Positions 25,378 to 38,482 of a DNA stretch of 64,000 bases are shown here, piece by piece. The DNA comes from Phoronis australis (Eukaryota > Animalia > Phoronida), in contig NMRA01000431.1 in assembly GCA_002633005.1 (NCBI GenBank), forward strand, positions 247,733-311,732, given 5' to 3'. Position 1 is the stretch's first letter, and each line of letters begins with the position of its first letter. Made by a program: the position numbers and the translations under genes. The notes under the pieces are model-generated. The model saw nothing but the letters and a program-made list of their open reading frames with translations. It was not told the DNA's origin and did no database searches.

Positions 25378-26240
25378 AAACATTTGGTGGAAATCCATTT
25401 TTTTTACTACACAGCTTTTAAATCCAGATCCAATTTTGTTATTGTGGTTTAATGGGGCTTCCTAAATTTCGTTGTGCTAATAATTGTATGCAACTATAGC
25501 ACGTGTTGTTGAATACTGATGCTTGTCAACGTGCTTGAGATGTGGTATTCCTATTTCTAAGAATGCTTTCAATAGAGCTTGTTGCATTTTACTTTGACAT
25601 TTGGGTGAACAAGAAATTGTTTAAAACATGAAAGTTGTGTGATTATTATATTACACTGACACTTTTACCATTATATTGGATCAAAACTTGAATTACTCCT
25701 ATCTTAAGTTGTTTAGTCACTTTTCATGAAACCTCTAATGTTTTGATGTTTTTTGTGTGCTACTGTAGTGTAAAAGCTAATCTGATTTTTTAAAGAACAG
25801 TTGGTGGTTGTTTTGATGTGTCTTAACGGGTGTTGTTTGTATTGATGTATAGATTTGCATGTTGTACTGACTTGCTAAATGATAAGTCATCTATTCAGTT
25901 GCGAAAATGAGGGTACAATATTAAAATAACTTGCATGTGTGCCAAGAGTATATAATTTTTGTATAGATATTTTCAAGTGAAATGCACTGCTTACCTCAAC
26001 AGGCCCTTCCTTTATTTATTTCATGCTAGTCTAATAAAGGTAAACCTTTAAACTCAAATAGGTCAATTTGGTGTCAGAGCATCTATTCCTATTGAACAAG
26101 TCCATAAACATTATTAGGCCTTGAGTTTATCTTGTGCAACTAGGCATGCTCACTGTGGTGTTAGAAAAGCAAACAAAAGGGTCCACCCTAAATATGAACC
26201 AAGACAGTTGTATTGAGCCTTGAGCTCATGCTGTGCAATT

Positions 26241-26927
26241 GAGGGGCGGATCCAGGATTTTGAGTTAGGGGGAGGGCCCGGGGCAGATTATTAGCCAGCA
26301 TTTTGCCCGTCAGACATTCGCACCCCCGGACTGCCACATGACAGCGTTTTCCCGTTCAGTGACTTTACCAGATGTAGGGGGTTCTGAGCGTGTGATAACA
26401 TTTAGCTTTTTGTTAACTGCCAAGCACACTCTTTTGTCTGTTATGACAACAGGCAGGCTAATTATTTACCAGGCTTATTACAGACCACGTGTGAGCACAG
26501 TCAAACTCAGAGTGAATTGGTGTATTCGGAAAGAATAGATTGTCGTAACTTCGGTTGCAGTTGGGCTATTTTGACGATTCAAAAACTAAGCATGATCACC
26601 ATTTAACGAAAATTTCAGAAATGGTGTTGGTTTATGTTCAAATATGTTATAACGTAACTTTTATTTTTAACAGCACAGCCCAGTCAAGGTAGATACGATC
26701 TTATTGGAGATTAGAGCAATTATCGGACAAAGGAGCTGCCCCTCCAACCATGAATGCCAGAATGTAGTTAATCTGTCGTGTAAGATATTGGCTACAGGGG
26801 TAAACTTCCCACGTTGTTGTTGGGCTATAGAATCGAACAAGTTGGGAGCAACGAGAAAACGCCGTAATGAAATGAGAATTTGGGGGGGTGGCCCCCTTGC
26901 CCCCCTCGACCCTAAATCTTCCACTTG
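26241..26927. mobile_element. degenerate member of the GGATCCAGGATTTTGAGTTAGGGGG MITE family
   Basis: Left end matches the ends of the 35533 and 56285 elements; right end CCCCCTCGACCCTAAATCTTCCACTTG; TSD not clear. Confidence 0.4.
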
Positions 26928-27417
26928 TTTCTTCATTTCTGAACACCAATATCCAAAACACTGCGGGAGAGAAAGGTATTAACTACAAGAAACGATTGGA
27001 TGAGTTTTGCTTTTCGTAGAATTTGAACGTATGTTCACCGGGCTTTCTCAGACCCGGGTCGTTCTATAAATTTTATTTTATCGTGTCTTCCTCCGCGACG
27101 TGCTGTATGAATAACCTCGTTACTATCAAACTAGAATATATAATTTAGATTATCATGCACACAGCAAATCGTTTGTAGTAGGCCTAAACATCGCTCACGA
27201 CTCCAACTGTTCACACAACGCCTGGGCGAGAGTGACGGAAATGGAGATCACGTGTGGACGAGAAACTACTCATTTTGCTGTCTTTATTTTCTAAAGTTCT
27301 TTGTGTATTGTAGATAATTGTTTATTCGTTTTCATGTTGAAATTGAGTATGCGACAAGGAACCAATATGAGATTGGCTCCCTAGGTTATAGCATGCGCTA
27401 CTTCTGGTTTTAGTTAA

Positions 27418-29665
27418 AGGAGAATGCCACCCAAAAAACAACCTATTTTGTATCAATTTAGATCGAGTAGTTCTACTCGATAACGGCACGTTCGGTTGCG
27501 TTACCTGACGTCAGACGGAGGAGTTGAAATTATCCAATGACGTCATTGGTTTCATGCGCAGTCTGTTCAGCAGTTCACAACACGGGTTACTGGTGTCGGC
27601 TTACCGCTTGCATTCATCGTTTAACACTAATAAATCACCAAACTTCGATGTAAAACCCTTAAAAATACAACGAGTTCTTATAAAACGTGTTGTTTTATTT
27701 CGCTGTTACGGGTTTATTGGTATTTGGACACACCGTAGCCTACAAAGTTCGGGAGGCCAATTTACCTAGGTCCGTAGCAGGAGTTTGGGGTCTGTTCGGA
27801 GATAAATTCTAAGTATTCTTCCGTGAAATACAGACAGGAAAACCTAGATCTGTGTTATTTAGATTTGTGATTTTTTGAGTTCTAAACACACAAAACGCTT
27901 GTTATCCCGGCCCAGTACGTGGCTCGGAACCCGATCCGGCTCGTCGCGGCTGGACTGACTCGTTATACCGGCCAGTGGCTCGGAACCCAATCAGGCCTGT
28001 CGTGGCCACCGGGACTGGCACGAACATAAACCAACTTGAGTTGGAAACTAAACCTCCAGTCACGAAAGACTATAATAGTGAGCCAAAGAAATAACTTGCA
28101 TGTAATTATTTCTGTGAATTAGCCACAAAACTGAAAATCTACTTTTATGCTCGGAATATGTCCCGAAAATAATAGGTGCGTCGCAAGCTCCGTTTCCAGA
28201 GATACAAAGGAGACCGTGTATAGGCGATATAAGGTCATTTATTATGACTGATAGGGTACAGAAATATGAGTGTACAAATAACATAAAGATAAAATAATAA
28301 TCTCTGGAAAGATGGGCAATAAAAAGCGCCAGCACTCAGGTAAGAGGAACTACCCAGAGTAGAGGGTGGTAGAGGGTGGAAAAAATGAAGAGAGATTAGC
28401 TCAAACCTAAGTGCTGCAAAGCGAAGTACAGATGGCAGGAAATATAACTTTCTTGAGAACAAAAGAGCCCTATGACACGTGGCAATCATCAGCCTATGGG
28501 AGCCAGGAGCTGACCAAACTCGTGGCAGTAATACAAACGAACCAATAGTGAGGCTGGAAATGGAATGTCCTAGTGCCTTGAGTGCAGGAGGACCGAATGC
28601 GAATCTACACAAGGGGTTATTGGACCAGACCGAAAGAAGGGGGTATAAGAGAGACGAGTCCATATTCTCGCATAAATATATTTAACGAGTGAAATGTCAT
28701 ACTTGTCGGGGGCCCGCGCGAAGTCGGGTTCCCCTTCCACAGACCGTCTGGGCAAAGGTTGTACAGTAACAATGATTTGTATTTCTACATAAAGATTTCC
28801 CTAACATGTGACCACAGCATATAAAATCGAGTAATTGTTTTACAACAGCTTTCTGTCAGCAAACACTGAATTAGCATACGCTCACGCAGCCTAGGCGCCC
28901 GGTCAATTACCTTTATTGCCGGCATCAAAAGCCGGTCAACGCAGAGGCCATTGCTGGCTTCTCAACATTTGCACTCACGAATACTGCAAAGGCATTACAA
29001 ATTGTATCTAATGAGACAGACTTTGTTCCAGTTTTATATAAGCATTGGTTAGGATGAGAATAATTCATTTTGAAACAACGCAGAATCATAAACGTCTACA
29101 TAGCAAATCGCCCGGCGCCAATCCCGACTTAGTCAAGAGCTCATCCGACGAAGACTTCACGGATCGGATCGTTAGGTTTCACAGGCTATCAATTCGAACC
29201 GGAATACACTGATCAAGAAATACTAGAGAGGTGCCGTGAACGTTCACAGGCAACGGAACGTATGGATCTTTGGTAAGCCGAATTCGTCAGAGAAATCACT
29301 GTCGACGAAATGCCGGACACAGACACGGAGATGTTTCACGGCCTCATACTTGCTATTAACAGCGGGACCTTTCATTCTTCACTACCGCGAGCCACTTCCC
29401 AAGCCTTTTCTTGCTCTCGAGGAAGTCGAACAAACGATATAACCACTTTCTTCGCAGCTTCATAGTTCGGACAAGCGGGAACGATGCACCGCAATCGGCA
29501 TTCACTCTGCAGACGAACCACTGACGTCGCTGCGTCGTTTCTCAACTTCCTCACAGGTTAGCACGACACCTCTCGGCAAGGTGAGGTCGACCGAAAAAGA
29601 GGCGATGTGGATATAGACCGATTAAGACGGTAAAAAAGACTAATTTAATCGGGTGGCATTCTCCT
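27418..29665 (+). mobile_element. non-autonomous Kolobok-like DNA transposon (copy 1) with THAP relic
   Basis: TTAA|AGGAGAATGCCACCC ... GGGTGGCATTCTCCT|TTAA. Minus-strand THAP remnant CIVPAC..P..W..LRVCVRHF at about 29300-29490. Confidence 0.85.
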
Positions 29666-30020
29666 TTAAGGAACCAATGAGATTAGTTAAGGAACTGTTG
29701 GTGTGCTAGCAGTTAAAGGCATTCTGTTCGGTTATAGGAACGTTGAATGCGCGATGCAGTGCAAGAACGTGGTCCAAGGATAATACTAGTCTGGTGGAGG
29801 ATAATATAGTTTTAGTACATACTCTTCTACTGATACTACTGAGTCTGTAACAATCCATGCGATCATACACTTATATAGTGACACACATGAATCATAACAG
29901 GTTATACTGTACAAACATATTTACTCATGTTGGGGGTGTATTACATAATACTTAATTCTCTGAACTACTCCTACACATGCACTCATCCTAAACCACTCAA
30001 ATATGAGATCATACTCTAAC

Positions 30021-30345
30021 AGGAACCAATATGAGATTGGTTAAGAGACCAATATGAGATTGGTTAAGAGACAAATATGAGATTGGTTAAGCCGGGAACA
30101 ATATGAAATTGGTTAAGGGACCAATATGAAATTGGTTAAGAGACCAATATGAAATTGGTTAAGGGACCAATATGAAATTGGTTAAGGGACCAATAAGAAA
30201 TTGGTTAAGAGACCAATACGAGTTTGGTAAGGGATGAGATTGGCTAAGGAACCAACACTGAGATTGGTTAAGGACGGAAGCAATATTTCGGAAATTGGTT
30301 AAGAAACCAATATGAGATTGGTTAAGGAACCCGATGAGATTGGCT
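30021..30345. repeat. satellite, about 21-bp semi-palindromic unit AAGGAACCAATATGAGATTGGTT x~14
   Basis: Direct inspection; related units also at about 27357 and 29668-29692. Confidence 0.88.
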
Positions 30346-30716
30346 CCCTAGGTTATAGCAATCATGCACTACTGAAGAAAATTCGATCACTTGTACTCTA
30401 AATTTCTTTACAAGCTATGGAAGAAATGATAGCTCGTTATTTGTTGAAACCATGTTCAGACCGGGTGGTAAAGCCAACTAATTAACTCTATCAATAACGA
30501 GGTGTTTTTATTTACGGAGACTATGCAGTTCTAGAAATTTGAATCGTAAATCAAAGTTGTGTTTCAACAGTAGGCAGGAACATGGATGTTTTAAAAGAAA
30601 CAATTTTAATATCGACGTTTCAGTTTATTTGCATACCAACTCGTCGAATGGGTAATAGTAAACAATTGTTTTATATTACGTTGTTTTAATTCATAACAAA
30701 ACCACCCCGACACAAA

Positions 30717-31336
30717 TTATAACATCTCGTTCTTCAATGGAGCAAAGAAATTGTCTGCGCCAGCGTCAGAACAAGTGCACGTGCCAAGAGTCCACCCCCC
30801 AGTGTGTTGAAAGCCGCCTATGATGTCCATGCTGCTGAGGTCCTCGTATGCTTGTCGTTCGCACGTCTCCAGCATTTCCTCCACGCTATCGGTCATACGC
30901 TCCTGTTCGTAGTCTGACTGGAAAAACTTGAGAGCGCTGCGCGAGAACTGGCCGTATCTTGGGATCATCTCGGCCACTACCTTCATGTGGTCTTTCACGA
31001 TGTAGCGGTCGTTGTCAATATTCTTGTCCACCAGCAGATACGCTGTGTTTTCCTGCTCACACATCAAGTCCCAAGGAAGAAAGAAGTGTGCATGCGTCCT
31101 GGGATCGAACAGATAATCGGCGAAGCGTTTCTCGTTTCGGTTAACATGTTGCTCAAACTTTCCAAAAAGTTCCTTTATGCGAGTTTCACGGAACTGCTCA
31201 ATTTTGTCGAATCTCTCCTGTATTCTTTTTTCTCTTTCGTTAACCGTCTTCACCGCTTCCCCTGTATCTGCTGCTCCTTGTGTGGTGAAAAGCGACTTAA
31301 ACTGTTTTAGAACATCTTTCAGTTGAATAAAACTTT
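30717..31336 (-). CDS. unknown gene A, last exon (PWD-motif domain)
   Basis: tttttcgcattgcag| acceptor, open for 206 codons. Contains FADYL..HAHFFLPWDLMCEQE..IVKDHMKVV..LKFF, similar to gene B exon 3. Confidence 0.7.
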
Positions 31337-31516
31337 CTGCAATGCGAAAAATAACGTTACCAACATTCCACTATCAAGGACTTACGCAGCGCTTATGTTA
31401 GAAAAATCTACTAAGTTGCGAGCAGTTGACAGATGTTTTTTGAAATTTAAAACTGTGAGAAGCACTTTAAATAATGCCATGCCTGTTTGTCACATTCTAT
31501 GCCACTCCACATGTAC

Positions 31517-31633
31517 CTTTCTCTGACACTGGGTCAATTTCAGCTTGGGGAAATATCTTGTCCAGGCAGTCACCAAATATAGAGTCTTCCTTGTGCTTTT
31601 CCAGCTGCTCCGCATCTCCCGAGGTGCTTGATT
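31517..31633 (-). CDS. unknown gene A, 117-nt exon (ESSTSGDAEQLEKHKEDSIFGDCLDKIFPQAEIDPVSEK)
   Basis: ttcattttag| acceptor, AAAG|GTACAT donor; phase 1-1, open frame. Confidence 0.6.
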
Positions 31634-33920
31634 CTAAAATGAACAGTTGCATAATCGTCGCTTAGTTCGCGGGACTCGGTCAAAATGATGAGATTTATTG
31701 AAGCAGCCTTCACACTGGGTGTGTAACAATGTAAAGTAGCTTAACTTGTATACATACTGTCACAAATGTACTAAGTGAGTCAACATTTTTAAAGTGAAAA
31801 CAAGTACTGTATCGTGCTATCTAACTTCAATGCGGAAAAGTGTGTTTAAATTTTCCAGTGGAGAGGTTTCGTAAAAAACGTGTACGGGTAGGTGTACTAC
31901 GTGTAACTAGTTACAAGTTCAAGGGGAAAGGGGTGGCACTTCTAGCGGATTTAGAATGCTGCGAGGGGAGGCGACAAATTTTTCAAAGGCAAACCTTTAT
32001 GCGTCAACCGGCAAGGGAAATCAATTGTGACCGGAAGTTTAATTAGTAGTGACCTACTAATGTGGAAACTGTGATTTTCCTCCCCGGGTGAGAAAAATCT
32101 TAGGTAGCACTCGGATGACCATAGACAATTTATGGGGGATGCCTACTCCCTCTCCAAACATGGGCATGTCGTGAGAAAACTTTTATGGTTGTAAGAACCT
32201 TGCTTCGTTTTCAGATTCTTCTTTAGTTCAGACGTGAAGGAGAGCCCAGGCTGCATTGAAAGACATTCTTTTTTGATTGAGAAATCAAGTGATGCAGCGA
32301 CACTTTTCACTTTTGAATTGAAAATACAAATTGAGCATAACAACGACAAATTAATGCAATTAAATTAATATTCGAATTCTGAAAATTGTTTTCAACAGTG
32401 TTTCAGTGCACAATAAAATCTATTTGACAAGAACATGTATGTAGCCAACTGTACCCGTCTACTCAACACGTGCAATGTAGAGCACACAGAATGTTATGAC
32501 GTAGCACACACGAAAAAGGGAACCTCCTTCTACACCTGTACACGCATGTTTTCGAAACCTCTATGATATTTTTCGAAAGTAAGTTCTGAGGACCGATATG
32601 TAACCTAACACTCGCGAAACTGCTGACATGGATTTTGGGCCACTTCTGGGGTCTGTTTCGTTAAAAGTTAGAACTTTTAAGTTACGCTCCATATAACTAT
32701 TTCTGAGACATAGCTAAAATTCATTTAACTCACAACAAAGATAAAGTGCCCGGATGGAACAATATAACATAAGTGAGTAAACAAATTCTACAAGTGTCAC
32801 GTGGTGAATATCTTTGCCGGTAGGCGGTTGAAACAACACAATTTGATTTGGATGTAATGAGTATATTGACTAAATGTTTGAATTTCCCTAAATGAATAAT
32901 CATAAAGATTAACGTGATCACGTTTCCCGTTCCTGGCGTCGGCCTTGGATCCAATGTTACACTTGTTATGAGGAGTTTCCTCTTCTCTTGAGCATTCGAT
33001 CAAGTCTTCCAAGCAGTCTTCACTTGATGAAATGCTTCGGAATAACCATGAAGTTCAGTCCATCGAACAACATGTATGATAACATTGAATTCAGTCCATC
33101 GAATTTCTGCTACATGCATCGGATTGAAATTCAGTCCATCGAATTTCTATAACTTGTGATATTTCTCAGCCAACCAGTAGCATCTCTTCAGGAATATCTG
33201 CGATAGCAAGCTGGTTGCCTCTCTCCAAGAAATATCTAATACCTCTATACCAATCTGGTTGCCTCTCGTTGGAATTATGCCTTCTTGAAAAGCTAACGGT
33301 ATACTTATACTCAAACAGAAAAGGTGGGCGAGATCAAAACATAAAACCCACAAACTTCCTCCAAATGTACTCATAGTTCCAAGACAACTCCCAGAACAAC
33401 ATCATAAGATTCCAATTATGAACCTAAGCTTTCGCCAAATATGGTCACGGACAGACAAACTTTCAAGTAATTTCTGCTGAATAGTAACAAGACTATTGTT
33501 GTTGTCAGAACTGGCTAACCCCAGAGTTGACCAATTCCGGTGAATTTAAAGTTACATAACTCTGCTAGCATAGCATAAACACATGGTTAGAGACAAATAT
33601 GCTGATTCATTTCCTATGCACTCATAGGAGGCAATACATTTCAGTAAACAACTAATACCTTTAATCAATTACGCAACAACCATTATATACTTAATTAATA
33701 CTAAAACTTCTCATGTCTAGTAATATTATTCTCATGTACATAGTTAACTCAAGTTGTAATGTGTTTGTATCATACTTTAATGATAAATAAATGACATGTT
33801 CGTCCTACATAAAATCTCCCCGTAACAACAAGTGTGCTGACATTTTTGGAAACTGATCCACGCAACCGGCACTGGAGTTGAGAAAGGAATTCTAGCTTAA
33901 AGCCTTCGTCGAATGGATTT

Positions 33921-34082
33921 TGTTATGTGGATGTATTGGGCTATCTAGGTAGGACAAGCTATGTTTTAGCAATGTTATGTGGATGTATTGGGCTATCTAG
34001 GTAGGACAAGCAATGTTTTAGCAATATATGTTATGTGGATGTATTGGGCTATCTAGGTAGGACAAGCAATGTTTTAGCAATG
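33921..34082. repeat. minisatellite, about 52-bp unit x3
   Basis: TGTTATGTGGATGTATTGGGCTATCTAGGTAGGACAAGC... repeated. Confidence 0.9.
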
Positions 34083-34510
34083 CACGAAATTACTCAAACG
34101 TAAAGTAGCTTTTTCATATTGCGTTACGACGAGAAAACGGCAAAGAATGGCCGATAACAATGGTTTTTTTGTTGAGCATTCGTCGGTATCTGCGTAGTTC
34201 TAGTTCTGCTGCGGGTACCAGGGTTTATTCACTATGTGCAGTAGTTGTTCCTAGCTGTATTTCAGTCAACTGAAGATTCTCGTGGTGACAATAAGTCTGA
34301 CAATTCATTTCATTTGGCAATTTATGACTTCAGTGTGGTCAGAGTGACATATTCTAAGAACTAGCTTACACAGGTTACCGTTCAAAATAGACTTTTAAAT
34401 TAATAAATTTAAACCGAAATCGCATTGATGGCAGCTCGAACGCTTTCGTATCCCAAGTCGCACTTTGCCGATGTGCCGACTTCATCGCTTCCACTTCGCT
34501 TTATACATAC

Positions 34511-34889
34511 CTTCAGTAGCCACAAGACCACCCTCTTGGAAAAAGTAGTTGAGTGACGTCACATCTAGTCTTAAGTCCTCGTCGTCCACTGTTGACAGTA
34601 CTTTAAATATTCCCTGGCACAAGAGAATGTTATCGCTCGTTTCCCCACATCTAATTTCGTCTATGTCGGAGACTGCAAAAATCAGATTTGGCCCGGCTAC
34701 ATCAAGAATATGCAGTGGGGAATCCCTAGTTTCTGTCGTTGTGTTTTCTTTTATCATGCCATTGCCCTCAACGTCGTCGTCGTCGTTATTGTCAGTGTTT
34801 TCATACTCGCCGCTTCGACTTGATGGTTTGATTGATTAGATTGTCGCTGCTAGTATACTTTCGCGTTTTTAAGTGTAGACAATACTCAG
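34511..34889 (-). pseudogene. unknown gene A, exon with an apparent 4-bp frameshifting duplication
   Basis: ctctgtttcag| acceptor and GAAG|GTATGT donor; 379 nt. Removing one GATT of GATTGATT (34830-34837) gives an open 375-nt phase 1-1 exon. Confidence 0.45.
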
Positions 34890-35532
34890 CTGAAACAGAG
34901 CTAATCCGTCGAAAATTTCCCGCAATTTTGTGAAATGGACAGAAGAATAGGGGAAAATAAACAGGTGAGTGTCCTAGTACTATCCAAATTCGCTTGGGAT
35001 ATTTTGGGAACCACAAACGGTCTTATCCGATTCTATTTCGCCTATTTTCGTTTCTCTAACAACGTCTGCAATCTTATACTTTCATATTTTAACGTAATGA
35101 CGTCATATGTTTATTATTTGTGACCCGAATGCCAGCCAATGAATCACGAGTTCACCGCTAGCCAAAAATGCAAATGGTGGAGTGACAGGCGAATCTTCGA
35201 GTGACTATGTTCTTTCGAAGGGCTTAATTGATTTCCGAGCAGTTATTTTCTGCAGATAAATGTCTTCACTCGACTGTAATTTCGACGTATGCAGATTAAT
35301 ACTTGACGCACATTTCGAGTGTGATATGTATGACACAAAATTTCTACACTTTCAGTGTGCGGACTTCCAACTCTGTTCAAGGATTGGTTTACCGACTACT
35401 GTTGACTTAAGTTTAAAATTGGTGCACTTAATAAGTGTCTGGATCATCCTTGTACGCATGACTTGAGTGATGTCACAAAATGCAGTTAAATGCACCGTAA
35501 GCTAATGCACAGACACCAAACAAGGTATAAGT

Positions 35533-35690
35533 CAGGCAGATCCAAGATTTTGAGTTGGGGGGGGGAGGGGGCAGAGTATTAGCCAGGATTTTCCCCGAAA
35601 CATTCTCGCCCCTGAACTGCCAAATGAAATCTGGGAGAGTTTTGGGGGGGAGGACATGGCCCCATTGGCCCCCCTCTAAATTCTTCACTG
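35533..35690. mobile_element. GC-rich MITE, CA..TG ends, 5-bp TSD TAAGT
   Basis: TAAGT|CAGGCAGATCCAAGATTTTGAGTTGGGG ... AAATTCTTCACTG|TAAGT. Confidence 0.6.
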
Positions 35691-36077
35691 TAAGTGGCAT
35701 TTCCAGGCATTTCCATGTAATAGAGTGATACAAGAAGTGTCATTGTCATCTTTCTCAAAGAATAGCTAAAATTTAGGATTTACCTGTAGCTTTCATTGTA
35801 TTCATGCAGCAGTGTTTTCCTTTTGTGATGCCATACACGGCTGAAATAATTGATCGTTTTTCCCTTAGAAAGTATGTCGAATTTTTGCAAACAACCTGAT
35901 ATTATTGGAAAGGATAGAAACTTGGGACGATCTATGATCACTTGGCAGTACGTAGAACTTGCGGATTCATCAGCTGCCTTGGTATTTTTAACCTGTGCGT
36001 CATTCATAGGTAGGCGTTGGTGGTGCATACTGGTGAGTAACTGTCAAGCATGTAGGGAAACTTATTGAATTAAACAA

Positions 36078-36721
36078 TCAGCCTCTGGAACTACCTGGAA
36101 TTTCTGTCTCATCATTCGTTTGCCATCCCATCTGAACCAGTAAAGTCGTTATGCATGCAATCAAGTCTCCTACAAGGTATGCCATCATGGGGGTCCGACC
36201 AAGTCCCCAACTAACGACCAGGTCTCCGGGGGCCTTTTTACGACAGTCATTGATGAGAAACGTCATCAGCTTTCCATATAACAGCACGTGGAACAAAGGC
36301 AGACATCGCTTTTGTTGGAACGTGAGCTCTTCCAATTCGACTAGTGATTTCTCGTATGTTTTGAGCTCAGTGAACAAAGTCAGCATGATTTCGTGGGTCG
36401 TATCATTCTCAGAAGCAAGGTACGATAGTTTTTTGTAGTGCGCTAACATGCTGTCGAAAAGCACCTTTATCTCCTGTGAGTTGACCTCTGACCCGCAATG
36501 ATCTATTTTTTGATCAGTACTACCACTAGCGCATGCGATTGCGGCACTGCTGACACCGCTAGCCAGCTGTTGCAGATACTTTGAATCGGATACTTTGTCA
36601 ATGGAATTATGGAGGAAGCTTGTCAGATCTTTCAAGAAGTCCTCTACATTTTCCTCCTGTGTTGCGTCTTTGTCAACCCCTTCTGTGGCATCTTCACAGG
36701 TTAGTTCCACTGACTTTTGAT
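36078..36721 (-). CDS. unknown gene A, large exon (PLFxVxLYxK domain)
   Basis: Part of the 231-aa ORF. Its LPLFHVLLYGKLMTFLI..VVSWGLGRTPMM aligns with gene B IPLFTVFLYAKVIDNLI..FVTWDLAKDALM. Acceptor atgtag| at 36721; candidate donor CCAG|GTAGTT at 36095. The first exon was not found. Confidence 0.65.
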
Positions 36722-38482
36722 CTACATGTTCGAAAATCAGAATATTACAGAGTTTTGGGCGACAATAGAGCAATCACCATTTTCCAATTGCTAAGAAAAA
36801 TGCTATAAATGATGTCCAGCTATCATCAACCTACTTCTGCTCAGAAGATGCCCGCGAATAAATGAATAAATGGCTAAAAGCAGAGTTTCGGGGGGAGGGA
36901 GGTGTTTGGAATGTGACGTATCTAGATTTACAGAAAATGTTTCATTGCACGTGGTTTAATAACCTAGCAACTAAAATCTGTGCTTCGTATTTAGAAACAT
37001 TTCTTCATCTTTCAGTAAACATGCGCGTTGTATTTTTAGAGTTTTGAAAAGCAAAGTGATGACCTCGGCCAAGGAATCAATAGGAGAGTAATAAAGTGTT
37101 TTTTTTTTCGAAACTCGTAATATGATTGGAGGCGGAGTCTTGTTACCGAGCGAAAACATAAAAATATCGAGAGGAAACCGACAACTTCACAATTGTCGCC
37201 CAACGTTCCGGAACCATGCAATCATTCAATTAATCTCCCAAAAAGTAGATAGGAATGAACACACTGGGCAAACACTTCATTAATTGCGTAATATAGATAT
37301 ACCAAACCCAAGAGTTATCGAAAACAGCGGAAGGAAGATAATGTAAACCTTAGAAACGTTAGTTTGGCCATATTTGAACTCAAAGGCGATCCCACCTAAG
37401 GACGCGACCAAAAAGAATGAAGAAATCGCCCCCTGGGATTTACACCAGATCGTTTTTCTTCAGAAGTTTAGGTATTGGCTCCATGTGTCATCTTGCATCC
37501 GCCAGTGGTACTTTACAACACGACGAGGCTATATGTTTTTATTATTTGTTCATATCTTTTCATGGAATGGTTTTAGTATGGACTTTCTCTGCACAATTTT
37601 TGGTTTTAGCCAATCAATATTTCACATTAATTTCGAGCGTTTATTAATGTGGTCAAGAGTGGGGCAGAACAATTTCCTTGGGCAAAATAAGGAAAATCTG
37701 GGCAAAAAAGACAAATTCCTGACAGTGGAACATCCAGTGGAAACAGTTGAATACGGGAAAAGCATGTCAAAAGGGGGACGAAAAAGCTATGCCACAAAAA
37801 ACTATAGATAACGAGTATCTATGATACCATATGATCCCTCGGACAAACAAGTCGAGATATATGTACTCATATGGTCAATTCTAATAGGTATGGTCTTATG
37901 GTTTTATATTCGGAAACATTGCATTAAATGATCTCTGGAAACTGAACGCTTCCATGGGCTTAAAGTTTCTAACGGAAATCGAATTTCTAAGTTCTAATAG
38001 ATGCCAGTCTCTATACATGTAGAAATTGAAATCAATAAATACGGGGTCTCCAGTAAAACCTGAGTCTTCAATGTTTGCCAAGTCTCCAGCACCAGCCAGG
38101 TCTGCCATTTTGTTTGCTATCAACGAATTAAGGAGCACCAAATGTGAAGCGCGTTTGCTTGATTTTATCGTGTTGCGACCTTGCGGTTCGATGTGTTAAT
38201 GGCAATTTTCACTCAAAAATACTGCTTCAATACGAACCTCCTTCTTTTAAAAAAGATGGTCCTGGTATTTTATCTTTTTGTAAGTCAAGCGCAGTAGCTG
38301 TGGTTTGCAAGTCGGACATACTGTCAGGTACTACAAGCGTCGAAATTTCAAAATTTCGTGCCTTGCAAATTCATGCCACGTGAATTCAACTTGATGTCAC
38401 GGAATTAGAATATAATAATTATACTCTACCGTGACATCAAAACTATTTGATATACTGAGTTGGCTAATGCATTGCTATTCCA

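Noticed and set aside
32797-33480. Coding-like fragments inside gene A's intron (possible extra decayed exons)
   Set aside because: No consistent frame or splice sites, and no convincing match to gene B.
37374-38383. ORFs between genes A and B (145 aa +, 81 aa -)
   Set aside because: No motifs, splice support or coding-like composition; probably promoter or old repeat DNA.
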